Of a stretch of DNA of 64,000 bases, positions 42,501-50,797 are shown piece by piece. The notes under the pieces were generated by a model, which was not told the DNA's origin, ran no database searches, and was given only the letters and a program-made list of their open reading frames with translations. The translations under genes and the position numbers were made by a program. Location: the NCBI GenBank assembly GCA_965223295.1, contig CBDCWC010000002.1, positions 1,024,001 to 1,088,000 on the forward strand, read 5' to 3'. The first letter of the stretch is position 1. Each line of letters opens with the position of its first letter. The DNA comes from Nitrospirales bacterium. GTDB lineage: Bacteria; Nitrospirota; Nitrospiria; Nitrospirales; UBA8639.

Positions 42501-45416
42501 TTCTTCCCACAACTCAAGCATGGGCTCATCATCACCCACAATGGTCCATTCAAACGCATCATTGGACGTGCGATGCAAATGAGCCCGTACAAGATGATGA
42601 GGATCGATGATAGCGGACTTCATACGTTTGCGTAGGGCCTCTTCCCACGTGTTTCGTTCAGCCATCGAGCCTAACCACGGGCGTGAGTCTGTCGGTGGCG
42701 ATAGTGGAAACCAAAAATGTTGAGGACTGAGATGTAACCCTAAACGTTGCTCCTCCTCAATCCATTCAGGAAAGACTTCCACGAGTCGGTGGCGAACTAA
42801 AAGGTTTCGGAGTTCTTCACGTGCCTCTTCAGGTAAAATCTGACTCTGTGCCTGTTGCTCGATGGTCATCAATCGGGTAAACCCGGCGAGGTCTATCCCC
42901 ATTTTCTGAAGTCTGACATCAAACACTTCGGTACGCCCATTAAGTTGAAAATTTTTGTACAGAACGCGTAGCTCATTGAGTGGCTGATTCCATTCTTCTG
43001 CAATCAGAGAACCCACATCCAAAAGGCCTCCGCGCAGGGGGATCAACGCTTCCAGTGTTTGGCTGTGGGATTCCAAGATATTCAATCGAGCTGCAAAGAG
43101 ATCAAAGGCCGGATTACCAGCGGTGGCATGTCGAAAATAGTCTACCGTCAAAATCACCGGATCAATGACGGGGAGTGTTGGTGCATCTTCACGGTACGCA
43201 TCCTGTGCCCAGTCTATCTTCTGCCATTGTTCGACAAGAAAGGCCTTGCGCCACTTTTCCATCTTGGACACGGGTGTATTGGTCAAGGGTTCACGGCGGG
43301 TACTGCCATAGCCGAATAAATCCTCTAAAATATCTTCCGTAATGGGCAAAGGCCGTTCGTGAATGTCCCGCAACAATTCGGGAAGATGAGTTGGTGCAAT
43401 GCCCAATCGTTCCGACAATTGTGCTTGTGATTCCCCTCCAACGACGACGGCCAGTCGCAATTCTTCAAAAGACAACCCGAATTGGCTCAGCAATCGCTCG
43501 TAGCTCTCTCTTCGATAGGCCAGATACGCTTGATCAAACACAGGATCTGGTGTCGTAACCCCACCGGGATCCGCGAAGGTCTGATTGAACGCCCACAGCA
43601 CTTCACAGCAGAGGAACACTTGGCTGATCTCAGCCTTAACCGAATCGCAGGAGGCGGGCAGTTGGCCGAATGGTTGATGGAAAAGATTTTCCAAAAATGA
43701 CAGAGAAATCCCATCGCCATTATCTTCTAAATGCTTGATCGTATACTTCAGCAAGTCCGCCAAATAGGCCAGCGGACTGACGGCCGAGTTGCAATCCTTA
43801 CAGTCGCAATTGGGGAGCACAAATCGTGGAATCTCAATCATCCCCGTATTGCCTCCCTCGCCTGGATCTTCATCGACCGAAATTCCCCAACGCAGACGAG
43901 CCTCCGCCATAGCATTTTCCATCACCCGTTGATACTGCTGGGCTTTCACATGGAGTTCAGCTGTCTTCATGGTTCCTAAGGTATCGCCTAGCTTTTTCAT
44001 GAGGCGCACCCGATTTTCATCCCCGACCTCAAGTACCCCCGTATAACCGGCACTTCTTATAGCTTCAAACACCTGAGGATCTGACTCCCCCAACCGATGC
44101 CATTTCGCCCGACTCATCAGCGCCTGGCCTTCTTCAGTGTCCTCAATCTTTTCGATCTCATCGACCTTAAATACATCGTACAAACGAATCACGTTCATCG
44201 CGGTAAGCTTCGCTAACAACTCCGAAGAGACAAATTCCCGGACAAACGGCGATGGCGCCTCATCAGGAAGAGCGATACGAATCGTTTCAACAGCATCAGT
44301 CTTTATCTTCGCTCCAACCATGATCTGGGTTAATTCCTCACCGGCGGGATTAGAGATGCGAAGACTCAAGTGACGAACGGCCGTTTCAGCTACATCGCTT
44401 AAATGGGAAAAGGACACACGAAAATATCCCCCTGGTCCAGTCTCAACCTCACCCAAATCCTGACGAGCCGACTCCTCTTCACCTGCATCACGAACCTCTA
44501 GCTTAAAACCAACGAGCGGGTGATTGGATTCCTGTGCGAGAAGTCGCCCTACGAACTCATTGACACGAAGGCGTTCAGTCCGAAACTGTTGAGCCTCAAG
44601 ACCTTGGAGGATCGTATCGATCTGCGCAGTAATGTCCGGGATAGTCTTATCGAGAATCTTTTCCCCCCAGACTCGTCGCAGTTTGGACGAAGGTTCTTGA
44701 AGAAGTTGTTCAAGCGTCAATGGCGCGATACCATGATCCCCATGCCCTAAGGCAAACATGGCTTCAATAGATGACCCAAGAATCTCGGCCAACTTGGCAG
44801 CGGCGATGAACACAACCAGGTTCGAAGAAATAAGCGGTTCGTCTCCGAGTTCATTTAATAAGAACTTTTCATGGTCGCTTGTAAGGTCAGCTGGAGCTAT
44901 GCCATCTAAAAGCGGTTCCAGCCGCAACCAAAATTTCTCGTAAAGAGTATCGGGTTCAAATTTCTCAATAGGTTGTAAGGCAAGATTCACTTCCAGTCTA
45001 GGCTCCGCCCGGAAATGAATCTTGGATTCGGCTCGAAGTTTCAACTCAGCATTTTCAGCGACGACTTGGATGTTGGCGCTTGGATCATCAGAGCCAGGTG
45101 TTGCCTCTAGGGCATAAAGAATCCGATAGCTTCCAGCTTCCACCCCGTCTTCATCATTGCCTTCAACGGGATTGGTGGTTCCGAGCACCTGGCTTTTGCC
45201 TAAGCTTTGATTGAGGACTCGAATGACTGTGTCCTTGGGCGCAGGCTTGTCCTCTGCTGTCTTCACGACACCGAACACCAACTGATTTCCCCTGGGCCGC
45301 ACGGCAAAACGACCGGCCACAGGTAACGCTGATAAAGATTTTTCTGAGCTGTCGGCTTTGAGAGCCCCTTTTTCTTCTTGATACTCAATCGATTTTGAAG
45401 GTTTTTTTGAAGCCAT
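36528..45416 (-). CDS. Toxin complex subunit A-like protein (TcA)
   Basis: CDCKDCNSAVSPLAYLADLL (VRP1-like); FLID...TTRVSQAIETIQL..VFLYP (ABC_toxin_N); neuraminidase-like region; FCIPPNP..NLRKLR..NIAG; YRYSEL; ERRDQEW; C-terminal TcB-binding domain LFDRDFPGHYLRLI...FEGSG. Confidence 0.88.
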   Translation of the reverse strand: MASKKPSKSIEYQEEKGALKADSSEKSLSALPVAGRFAVRPRGNQLVFGVVKTAEDKPAPKDTVIRVLNQSLGKSQVLGTTNPVEGNDEDGVEAGSYRILYALEATPGSDDPSANIQVVAENAELKLRAESKIHFRAEPRLEVNLALQPIEKFEPDTLYEKFWLRLEPLLDGIAPADLTSDHEKFLLNELGDEPLISSNLVVFIAAAKLAEILGSSIEAMFALGHGDHGIAPLTLEQLLQEPSSKLRRVWGEKILDKTIPDITAQIDTILQGLEAQQFRTERLRVNEFVGRLLAQESNHPLVGFKLEVRDAGEEESARQDLGEVETGPGGYFRVSFSHLSDVAETAVRHLSLRISNPAGEELTQIMVGAKIKTDAVETIRIALPDEAPSPFVREFVSSELLAKLTAMNVIRLYDVFKVDEIEKIEDTEEGQALMSRAKWHRLGESDPQVFEAIRSAGYTGVLEVGDENRVRLMKKLGDTLGTMKTAELHVKAQQYQRVMENAMAEARLRWGISVDEDPGEGGNTGMIEIPRFVLPNCDCKDCNSAVSPLAYLADLLKYTIKHLEDNGDGISLSFLENLFHQPFGQLPASCDSVKAEISQVFLCCEVLWAFNQTFADPGGVTTPDPVFDQAYLAYRRESYERLLSQFGLSFEELRLAVVVGGESQAQLSERLGIAPTHLPELLRDIHERPLPITEDILEDLFGYGSTRREPLTNTPVSKMEKWRKAFLVEQWQKIDWAQDAYREDAPTLPVIDPVILTVDYFRHATAGNPAFDLFAARLNILESHSQTLEALIPLRGGLLDVGSLIAEEWNQPLNELRVLYKNFQLNGRTEVFDVRLQKMGIDLAGFTRLMTIEQQAQSQILPEEAREELRNLLVRHRLVEVFPEWIEEEQRLGLHLSPQHFWFPLSPPTDSRPWLGSMAERNTWEEALRKRMKSAIIDPHHLVRAHLHRTSNDAFEWTIVGDDEPMLELWEERKAWAASRTNDLQSASLNHPTTREALDAVLLESVLGGGLGFLEGLITESRSGVDMTPRLSQLTMDYSDFSYLTQFYESVIAEVDLSLSEWRETVAVLLNIEKRRLTQVWKQEEREKGVTLRPALFSLYHGERSEDSRIAQWLIDEVAHQEWQYTLQARIDQLNSIPEALRQSASEVEEVMLPQLRDALIRKVPFEHDSHESKADVLTKRFLIDMNMDGCMKTTRVSQAIETIQLLMWGIWSHELNLTFPDLSMENADDFEEAWKWFQSYANWKSAMFVFLYPSLYLSSTLREQQSHGFKEMVKQLSSQPTPEEACQAARFYSAYFQDICNLDLQVTCQVKVPIPIGEPCQTSGPIEERIYMFGLSSNSYKVYYSSVNAYNENQDTQDSWRPVPDLEGVIAILGAVPHITHLEERVLLLFVKSRNLDEISLQVISLSLDSLAWGLARGLDLPPGGERDFTAITVQKRLGKSSSNGIFPILGISNSNLPTNDTPTVLAIRIPDGTIFLPQLTASATEWKHSEWTPLFGNVLAKAFVSVCAFIQRTPIEYVLILRKNDGSLHYRMIYFPSNHPDSRDDGLWIKLGDIGQGEFRGAFVWPKSVDVYVYWWNGTKLQYVIIQETGKLIETGNSNAFIDYRSNLLQRAGIDLKAYKVTFSFPSSISFGVQPDGGGLAGADEVVEGYEGIIPNFDFDGNLHDFLELSNKDIEEYYSFQLDEGLEIVGDANTRIKKYWIDHTFEADFAEISQSSFLDRKKGPWKIADIYTQFFSLDGISFLQAIHKIVNAEPSINPLIPRNIVPFKQRDIKSEVNGPNDLPVNWEILFSNGEEDTIEGIEKTLIFKDDRSFYRMLVRRTGDTLQASQKRKVMVTCSGPFDLVPNGQEQQRVRKNQIAGAYRELYGADLEVPQSTVSYLYEAFHAVPMFCGTELHTAGYFEEALKWFRLVYDDRRPLGKRKIDYWLKQEEELETQFVRQDGWEGDPINSHAIASTRRNAYTRYCLISIIRCYLDLADSLFTIDTIETNAQARGYYQKALDLLDTKELDQSLGICKQTIGTLNIEVAPEWKPLFETLKTAAASVDNSDRVHTLVSAMNEIRNDETLDTQSQFRRMKSLLHEGLGKNETAPTLTAKAFSHSKEARVFERQILAQPSLAKSLGEVTGQRTHQYRRAVAVIAEKPESELDDTATAWLKLPIENTRLAVLGDNGDLSRSRVLTLLNPSRTTTRSLIEESHSPYLRLGQLTSTSTRFASKSISFPFCIPPNPVLSALRLRAENNLRKLRTCRNIAGIRRDVDPYAVSIAPDEGLPGTSRGRIQIQGRDHITPPIYRYSELVRRAKELVSLAQQLEGHYIATLQAIDTENLSRIQAEQGMQLANSREQLQRVRIQEANHGVDLATVQHSSSIIRQATFDRWISQGQNQHERNMVQAYKDAGEAQRGAAQASAAAAAFSASIPAATPPLGVRKVFPWEWGEYAVRAAAAAAATASHLAAGVFNVQAISAQMSAQINSALASFERRDQEWRLQEQLAQQDILIGNQQIILAQDHLAIVNQEHAISQIESQHAMDVLHFLMNKTLNLEVYRWMSVVFRDIYRYFLQAGTAMAKLAENAAAFAGQTGDPGIIQDSYWVSPRQNGQGRPGRNNPTDGLTGSVRLLTDVHKLDQYVFETKQRKLQISKTLDLALLFPFEFQEFRESGVLEFTTPMELFDRDFPGHYLRLIERVSLSIVAVVSPTLGVLATLDASSTSKLVVSRFGSLFQPIIVRTEPEQMAFTSTSATSGTVPLQPESPEFLNTFEGSGVDRLWKLTLPKASNQFNFNTMATVLFTIEYSALNSFDYRQQVIQRLNRTVQADRAFSFRHEFPDPWYDLNNPDQTSTPMVVGFDTRPQDFPPNLMNVRIEHVVLYFVKKDGIEAFPVAIDHLHFQEQVSGPPYGGSAQSIDCKVSTRFGNGVNWLSLVGRQPFGRWELSLTDSQELRSRFAQEEITDILFVLSYRAETPPWPQ

Positions 45417-45554
45417 GTTATCTCCCCAGCAGTGTTAATAGCCTAATTAGGAATCGATAAAAATAAATTGTTGGTTGATTAAAACGTGAAAGTTTCTAGT
45501 GATGTGTCTTCGATTAGCATGATATCCCTCCTGGATAAAGACGAGATTTTTGAC

Positions 45555-46036
45555 TCAGTAAATACGTTTTGATATGGAGGAAAAATTCATAAAGTTTCTT
45601 AGAAATCCATTTTCCCTAATTTCATTGAAGACTTCAAAATGAGACTTTAAACGTGTTCGAAGTTTAAACGCTCCATTCTCAGCGGTGATTTGGATGTTGG
45701 CGCTCAATTCGTCAGTACCACGGGTTGGCTCAAGATGATAAATAATTTGACAACTCCCCGCTTCCACCCACCTTCTTCATTCCCTTGTGCAGGAGTAGTA
45801 GCTCCTGAGACTCTACCGGTTTCGAAAGTTCGATTTAGTACACGAATTGCGGCATCCTTTGGAGCTGGGCTTCCTTAGGATAAAGTTACGACACTGAAGA
45901 CCTTCTGCGTTGGCGTTGGCGTTGGCCTTACCGTGAACGGCAAGGGGATTGCGCCTAGTGTCCGGCCTACCGCCAGGATTTTATTGGCAGTCGTCTCATC
46001 GCTTGTTTGTTATGAATCGGAATAGTCTGTGGGCAT
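45555..46036 (-). pseudogene. Decayed duplicate of the 5' end of the TcA-like gene
   Basis: PAPKDAAIRVLN..GNEEG/fs/VEAGSCQIIYHLEPTRGTDELSANIQITAENGAFKLR..KSHF versus TcA PAPKDTVIRVLN..VEAGSYRILYALEATPGSDDPSANIQVVAENAELKLR..KIHF. Two stops and one frameshift. Confidence 0.85.
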
Positions 46037-46059
46037 GGCATTCACCAACAAATTAGAAA

Positions 46060-46175
46060 GTGAATCTCCGCCAGCTTACGCTGACGGTTTCATCACTGGT
46101 CAAGCTTCGCTTGGCCTTCGTCTTCATTGAAGACGAAGGCAGCGCTTCATCCACCAGCTCACGCGGGTGGTCTTA
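46060..46175 (+). mobile_element. Miniature IS200/IS605-type (PATE-like) element
   Basis: GTGAATCT + hairpin CCGCCAGC-TTAC-GCTGACGG; internal 13-1-13 palindrome at 46114-46140; TTCAT + hairpin CCACCAGC-TCAC-GCGGGTGG. No ORF. Confidence 0.6.
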
Positions 46176-46213
46176 ATGCGCAGATAAATACTTTAATTCA
46201 TCATTTCAAACGG

Positions 46214-49200
46214 TTAATGGATGTAATGTCCTTCAAGCAATTCATGGAAACGTTTATTAAATGAATTTTTTCTATAAAGAAACAAATATTCAAGATCTTC
46301 ATCTATTTCATTAAAAAATTTACTTCCTAGGAGCAACATATTTGCCTCTGTTTCTTCGATGATGTTTTTTAATGTAGGTGAGAAGTTATTATATTGACCA
46401 TTTAAAATAAAACGATAAAGAATATTCATGCTTGCTTCTGTTGTTTTTATTTCTCTTATGCTTTTTATTTCCTTAGGGTAGGAATGGGCTGGACTATGTT
46501 CGGCAATATATCCTCTGTTATAAAGTAAGCTCATTACTGCGACAGAGCTTAAAAGAGAAAGTCCTGTTTCAGCATCAGCTTGAGCGATAGAATTTGGAGA
46601 TGTAATGTCTTTCATACGTTTTTCTATAGATCCGCCAGACGATAAATTGATTGTTCGGTGCCAAAAAAACTCGATGGCAAGCGTACGCCCTTCATTGCTT
46701 TCTTTATAAACTTGCTCCAGCCCATCTTGGTGAGTGTGAGCAAACTCATGGAGAATTATTCCCGCAATAAATGAGATTCTCTCTTGTTCATCATCTATAT
46801 TTCCATGCGTCTCAATGTATTTGTACATTTCACCAAAATAAAATTTAGTTTTTCCACTTTTGGTAACACCAAACGATGGTGTTTTTGGATCGACTGATTT
46901 CAAGTCAATGGAAGAATTTCGGCCTTCATCATAATAAGATGATATTACCGATTTGAACCTTTTCCCAAATCGTTCCCCTATCAGATTTAAAGCTTTATCA
47001 AAATCATGGAGTGCTTGCTCTTCACTTGCTTCAAAATTCAAGTTTTTATTATCGGAATTAAGATTATTAGCTTTTGTTTGATCAACTTCCATACCATTTT
47101 TATCACTAAATAAAATTGGACTACTTAAAACATAACTATACAAATTCAGACCATTGACCGTTCCCGCTGGGTCCGCATTCAGCCAACACCCGAGCCAGGG
47201 AGCATAGTAGCGAGCAACGTGATAATTGAGCCCACTCTCTTCATCGCGTTCTTTTCCAGTAAATCGGTAGCGTTTTCTAGAAAAACTCCCAAAGCTGGTT
47301 TCTCCGTATGGGGTATATTCTTCACGATTAATCAACGTCCCACTTTGGTCAATGGCCACATGACTACTTCCGAGGTGGTCGCCTAAATGAAATTTCAAAT
47401 CAGGAGTTGGATCATCCAAAAATGACTGACCAATACGGAAGGTGGCGATCCGTTGCTGATCGTCCATAATATGCAATGTGTTGTTGACGACTGTCTCACT
47501 CTGAAAATGTTCGAACAGATCATCGATATAGGTCGTGGATTCAAACTCTCCGTTTTGCCTTCGAACGAGTTTTTTGACTCGGTTCCCATCCGCTCCATAC
47601 AAATACTGGGCATGCAATGAGGGCTCTGACTCTCCGGCCTGCACAAAGAACGCTTTCATTTGATTGCTATGGTTGTACGCGAAATTTCTCGTTCCATTTT
47701 CTCGAACCATATTTCCGGCTGAATCGTATTGATAGGGAAACAAATCTTCTCCGATGGTTAAATTTTGGAGACGATTGTTCCCTGTTTGGACATTGAAGGT
47801 TCTCGTAAAGGATCCGGAACTAGCGATGTGCCGAAGTTCCAAAATATTCCCGTTATCATCGTGGGTATAATGTTGTGCATAGGCTCGCGTCAGTGTTGCA
47901 TCTTGTGTTTTGGGTTGATCAATCCAAGGGAATGCTGGTGGAGATTGACCTTGTTCTCGCCCACCATTGGCTTCGACTAATCGATTGAGTGGATCGTACG
48001 AAAAGAGGCGATCGAGTGCGTGTAATCCGAGAAGGGAATTGGAAATCCCACACTCAGGTGTCCGTTCTCGAATACCAAGAATATTGCCATTGAGGTCGTA
48101 CAAATAGGAAAAGTCTTGAAGTGGCGCACCCGTGGGTTCATACGTTGGAATATTGAAGTCTGGTTTTGTATACCGATCACTTCGAAGTCGACTGAGTTGA
48201 AAGGTCTCATGCTCGTAGGCATAGCGAGTCATAATGCCATTGCCATAGGCTACGAGGGTGCGTTGACCTTTAGAATTGTAGGCGATGTGGTCTACGAACA
48301 CTTGGCCATTCATCAATACTTGTTCTAAGGCTCCTGTATGGTTAAAGCGTGGTTCCAGGATTTTTCTTTCTCCCTCCACATCCTCCGGGTAAACCACACG
48401 CCTGCCACGATTTAGAGCATCATAGGAAATGGAGGTTCGATATTCTGTAAGATCAAGAATCTGTTCGGCTTCTAATCCTAGTGATGACGGCCAATTTACA
48501 TGAAAAGCTTCTACCTGGGAGTTCGGAAGCACATTGTCAAACACGGCAAGCATGGCCTCGTTACTGATGACTTGTCTAACTTTTCCTAGAGGATTTCCTT
48601 TGAAATCATACTGTGGAATTTGAACTCGACCGGCCTCGTCATACTGTTCAAGCAATTGCCCCAAGGCATTTCGATTACGGGCATGTTCACGTGCAAGCTC
48701 TGATGGGTCCGAATCTCCGTACCCCAACACTTGCCTCAATGCCATGTCTTGCCGATTATGATCTCTAGCCCAAATGCGATGAGCCCGAGACAATTCGTCA
48801 TAGGCATTCAGCACCAAGGCCTGTTTACTGTCGCGTTGTTCGACAGGATTTCCTAACGCATCAATGATCGTCCGTGTTATTCCTGCATCGATGCTTTCTG
48901 TTCTCAGAGGATTGTTAGCTAAATCATAGTTATAGCGGAAGGCTGAGCGGTTCAGGGGATCGATAATTTCCAGAGCATTGCCCTGAATATCAAACCGGGA
49001 TCGGGTAATGACCTCCCCACTGCCTTCCGGCTCTGAGCTTTTTCTCACCGTGGCTTTGACCGTTCGACCGAGGGCATCGATTTCGATACTGGACGGGGTA
49101 TTCCAATGATCTGCATATCCTTGTGAGGTTTCGGGATGCGTACGACCCGCATTGTCATTGGGATCATAGGCATAGGCTTCCCAGGGCGTGGGGGTAAACT

Positions 49201-50797
49201 CGTCCGGGTTATTCAATTCCACTGGAATGCCAAAGATCATGCGTTCTTCTGACCCATTGGGGTTGACGGTTCGAATCACTTGTCCGCGTGGATCGTAGTA
49301 CATGGTCACGTGTTGCCCCACCAGGGTATCGCCTTCTTCCCCAGCCTCTACAGGTGATTGAAACGCATAGCCATTGCTAAAGAACGGTTCATATTTTTCG
49401 ACCACCCACCCTTTGTTGTTATAGATTTGCCACCCACTAACGACCACACGTGGTTCGTCAGATGTTACGATTTGGCTATTCGCTACTCCTCCGGGTAGCG
49501 ATTGATCCAACGGCAAATTGGCGTTGTTCCCAAATATTGGATCCCCGTAAAAGCGGTCTTCGGCTTGCGTTCGCGTTTGAAGCAGGCGGCCAAACCCGTC
49601 AGAATATTCAACTGTCTTGATCGTCGAATCACGTTCGTCTTCGGGAATGTTGGCATCATTGATATGCCAAATCCGAGCCAGGCTGGTGACTGAAACCGGT
49701 TGACGATCCGTCATGAATGCCAGGAAATTATAGGTCAACTCCACACCGGGAAAGTCTTCCGTATCCCCTTCTCCTTCCCGTCCAATGGTCATAGTTTTTG
49801 ATACGAGGCCTAACGGAGTGAATCTGACGGCTGTTTGATTGCCATTTGGCTCCATGAGGGTATGGGGTTGAAAGACCTGGTAATCATTGGTGGCTTCCAC
49901 CCGTAACCCGGTTGGTCCCGTGATACCAAGAGGTAGTAGGTTGAAACGGTCATATTCAATGTGTGTTTCCTGTCCTAAGGGATCCCGGACAGCAGTTGGA
50001 AGCCCTCTGGGGGTCTCCCCCTCAAGATGAAAGTCGAACTGGTTTTGTGCGGTGGTTACCCAATAGCCTCGAGTGTGTTCATCCGTCCCGTCATGAAAGG
50101 TATACCCGGCAAGCGACGGTATGCTTTCTTGGAATTCTTGTGGATACTCATCCGTCCACTCAGGAGGTCCTGTGGGATTTAAATACGGTGGGATTTCTGG
50201 AGAACTTTCTTCCTCGGGAGCACTCCTATAGGCTTCTTGTAAGATTTCTTCGGTCAACACAAGATTTTCTGTTCTGACTACGACCCCAAAATCTCCTACC
50301 TGGCCTAGTGGCAGCCCCATGAATGCTTCGCCATCATAGTAATTAATGGTATGAGCCAGTAGGCGGAGAGATGCCGTACCGCTCAGCACGTCGGTGAGCA
50401 ATGCTGGATGTATTCTGTCTGCTTGGTGAAAGAGTGCCAGGCTTCCGTCATTTAGAATTTCATGCGTGGTTGCTTGACTTACTCGGCCAATCAGATAGTG
50501 AGTCGGATCGTCTCGATTAATAAACGTCGCTCTTGAAATCGTGCCCAAATAGGGCTCACCCGATGGGGCTACTTCAAGGAACTGTCTTTCCCTGGGTATT
50601 GCAAGGGCCACTTGCACTTGGGCCTGCCCAAACTCATCGAAGGCGCCCGACAGCGAGAAATTCGTCATGGGATCCGCCCCTCGTTCCCATTGGGTGGTAC
50701 GCTGAGCTAATTGATGCGGAAAAAAGATATGAGGATGTGAGGAATCAGATTCACTGGAAGGAGCTTCTTCCCGTAAGCCGTAGATGGTCTCCGTCAC
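46214..50797 (-). CDS. C-terminal part of the TcB-TcC fusion: RHS/YD repeats, RHS core and HExxH toxin tip
   Basis: YSDGFGRLLQTR, YDALNR, DHLGSS, EEYTPYGE, RYRFTGKERDEESGLNYHVARYYAPWLG, PILFSDKNG cleavage motif, then ILHEFAHTHQ. Confidence 0.9.
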   Translation of the reverse strand: MTETIYGLREEAPSSESDSSHPHIFFPHQLAQRTTQWERGADPMTNFSLSGAFDEFGQAQVQVALAIPRERQFLEVAPSGEPYLGTISRATFINRDDPTHYLIGRVSQATTHEILNDGSLALFHQADRIHPALLTDVLSGTASLRLLAHTINYYDGEAFMGLPLGQVGDFGVVVRTENLVLTEEILQEAYRSAPEEESSPEIPPYLNPTGPPEWTDEYPQEFQESIPSLAGYTFHDGTDEHTRGYWVTTAQNQFDFHLEGETPRGLPTAVRDPLGQETHIEYDRFNLLPLGITGPTGLRVEATNDYQVFQPHTLMEPNGNQTAVRFTPLGLVSKTMTIGREGEGDTEDFPGVELTYNFLAFMTDRQPVSVTSLARIWHINDANIPEDERDSTIKTVEYSDGFGRLLQTRTQAEDRFYGDPIFGNNANLPLDQSLPGGVANSQIVTSDEPRVVVSGWQIYNNKGWVVEKYEPFFSNGYAFQSPVEAGEEGDTLVGQHVTMYYDPRGQVIRTVNPNGSEERMIFGIPVELNNPDEFTPTPWEAYAYDPNDNAGRTHPETSQGYADHWNTPSSIEIDALGRTVKATVRKSSEPEGSGEVITRSRFDIQGNALEIIDPLNRSAFRYNYDLANNPLRTESIDAGITRTIIDALGNPVEQRDSKQALVLNAYDELSRAHRIWARDHNRQDMALRQVLGYGDSDPSELAREHARNRNALGQLLEQYDEAGRVQIPQYDFKGNPLGKVRQVISNEAMLAVFDNVLPNSQVEAFHVNWPSSLGLEAEQILDLTEYRTSISYDALNRGRRVVYPEDVEGERKILEPRFNHTGALEQVLMNGQVFVDHIAYNSKGQRTLVAYGNGIMTRYAYEHETFQLSRLRSDRYTKPDFNIPTYEPTGAPLQDFSYLYDLNGNILGIRERTPECGISNSLLGLHALDRLFSYDPLNRLVEANGGREQGQSPPAFPWIDQPKTQDATLTRAYAQHYTHDDNGNILELRHIASSGSFTRTFNVQTGNNRLQNLTIGEDLFPYQYDSAGNMVRENGTRNFAYNHSNQMKAFFVQAGESEPSLHAQYLYGADGNRVKKLVRRQNGEFESTTYIDDLFEHFQSETVVNNTLHIMDDQQRIATFRIGQSFLDDPTPDLKFHLGDHLGSSHVAIDQSGTLINREEYTPYGETSFGSFSRKRYRFTGKERDEESGLNYHVARYYAPWLGCWLNADPAGTVNGLNLYSYVLSSPILFSDKNGMEVDQTKANNLNSDNKNLNFEASEEQALHDFDKALNLIGERFGKRFKSVISSYYDEGRNSSIDLKSVDPKTPSFGVTKSGKTKFYFGEMYKYIETHGNIDDEQERISFIAGIILHEFAHTHQDGLEQVYKESNEGRTLAIEFFWHRTINLSSGGSIEKRMKDITSPNSIAQADAETGLSLLSSVAVMSLLYNRGYIAEHSPAHSYPKEIKSIREIKTTEASMNILYRFILNGQYNNFSPTLKNIIEETEANMLLLGSKFFNEIDEDLEYLFLYRKNSFNKRFHELLEGHYIH

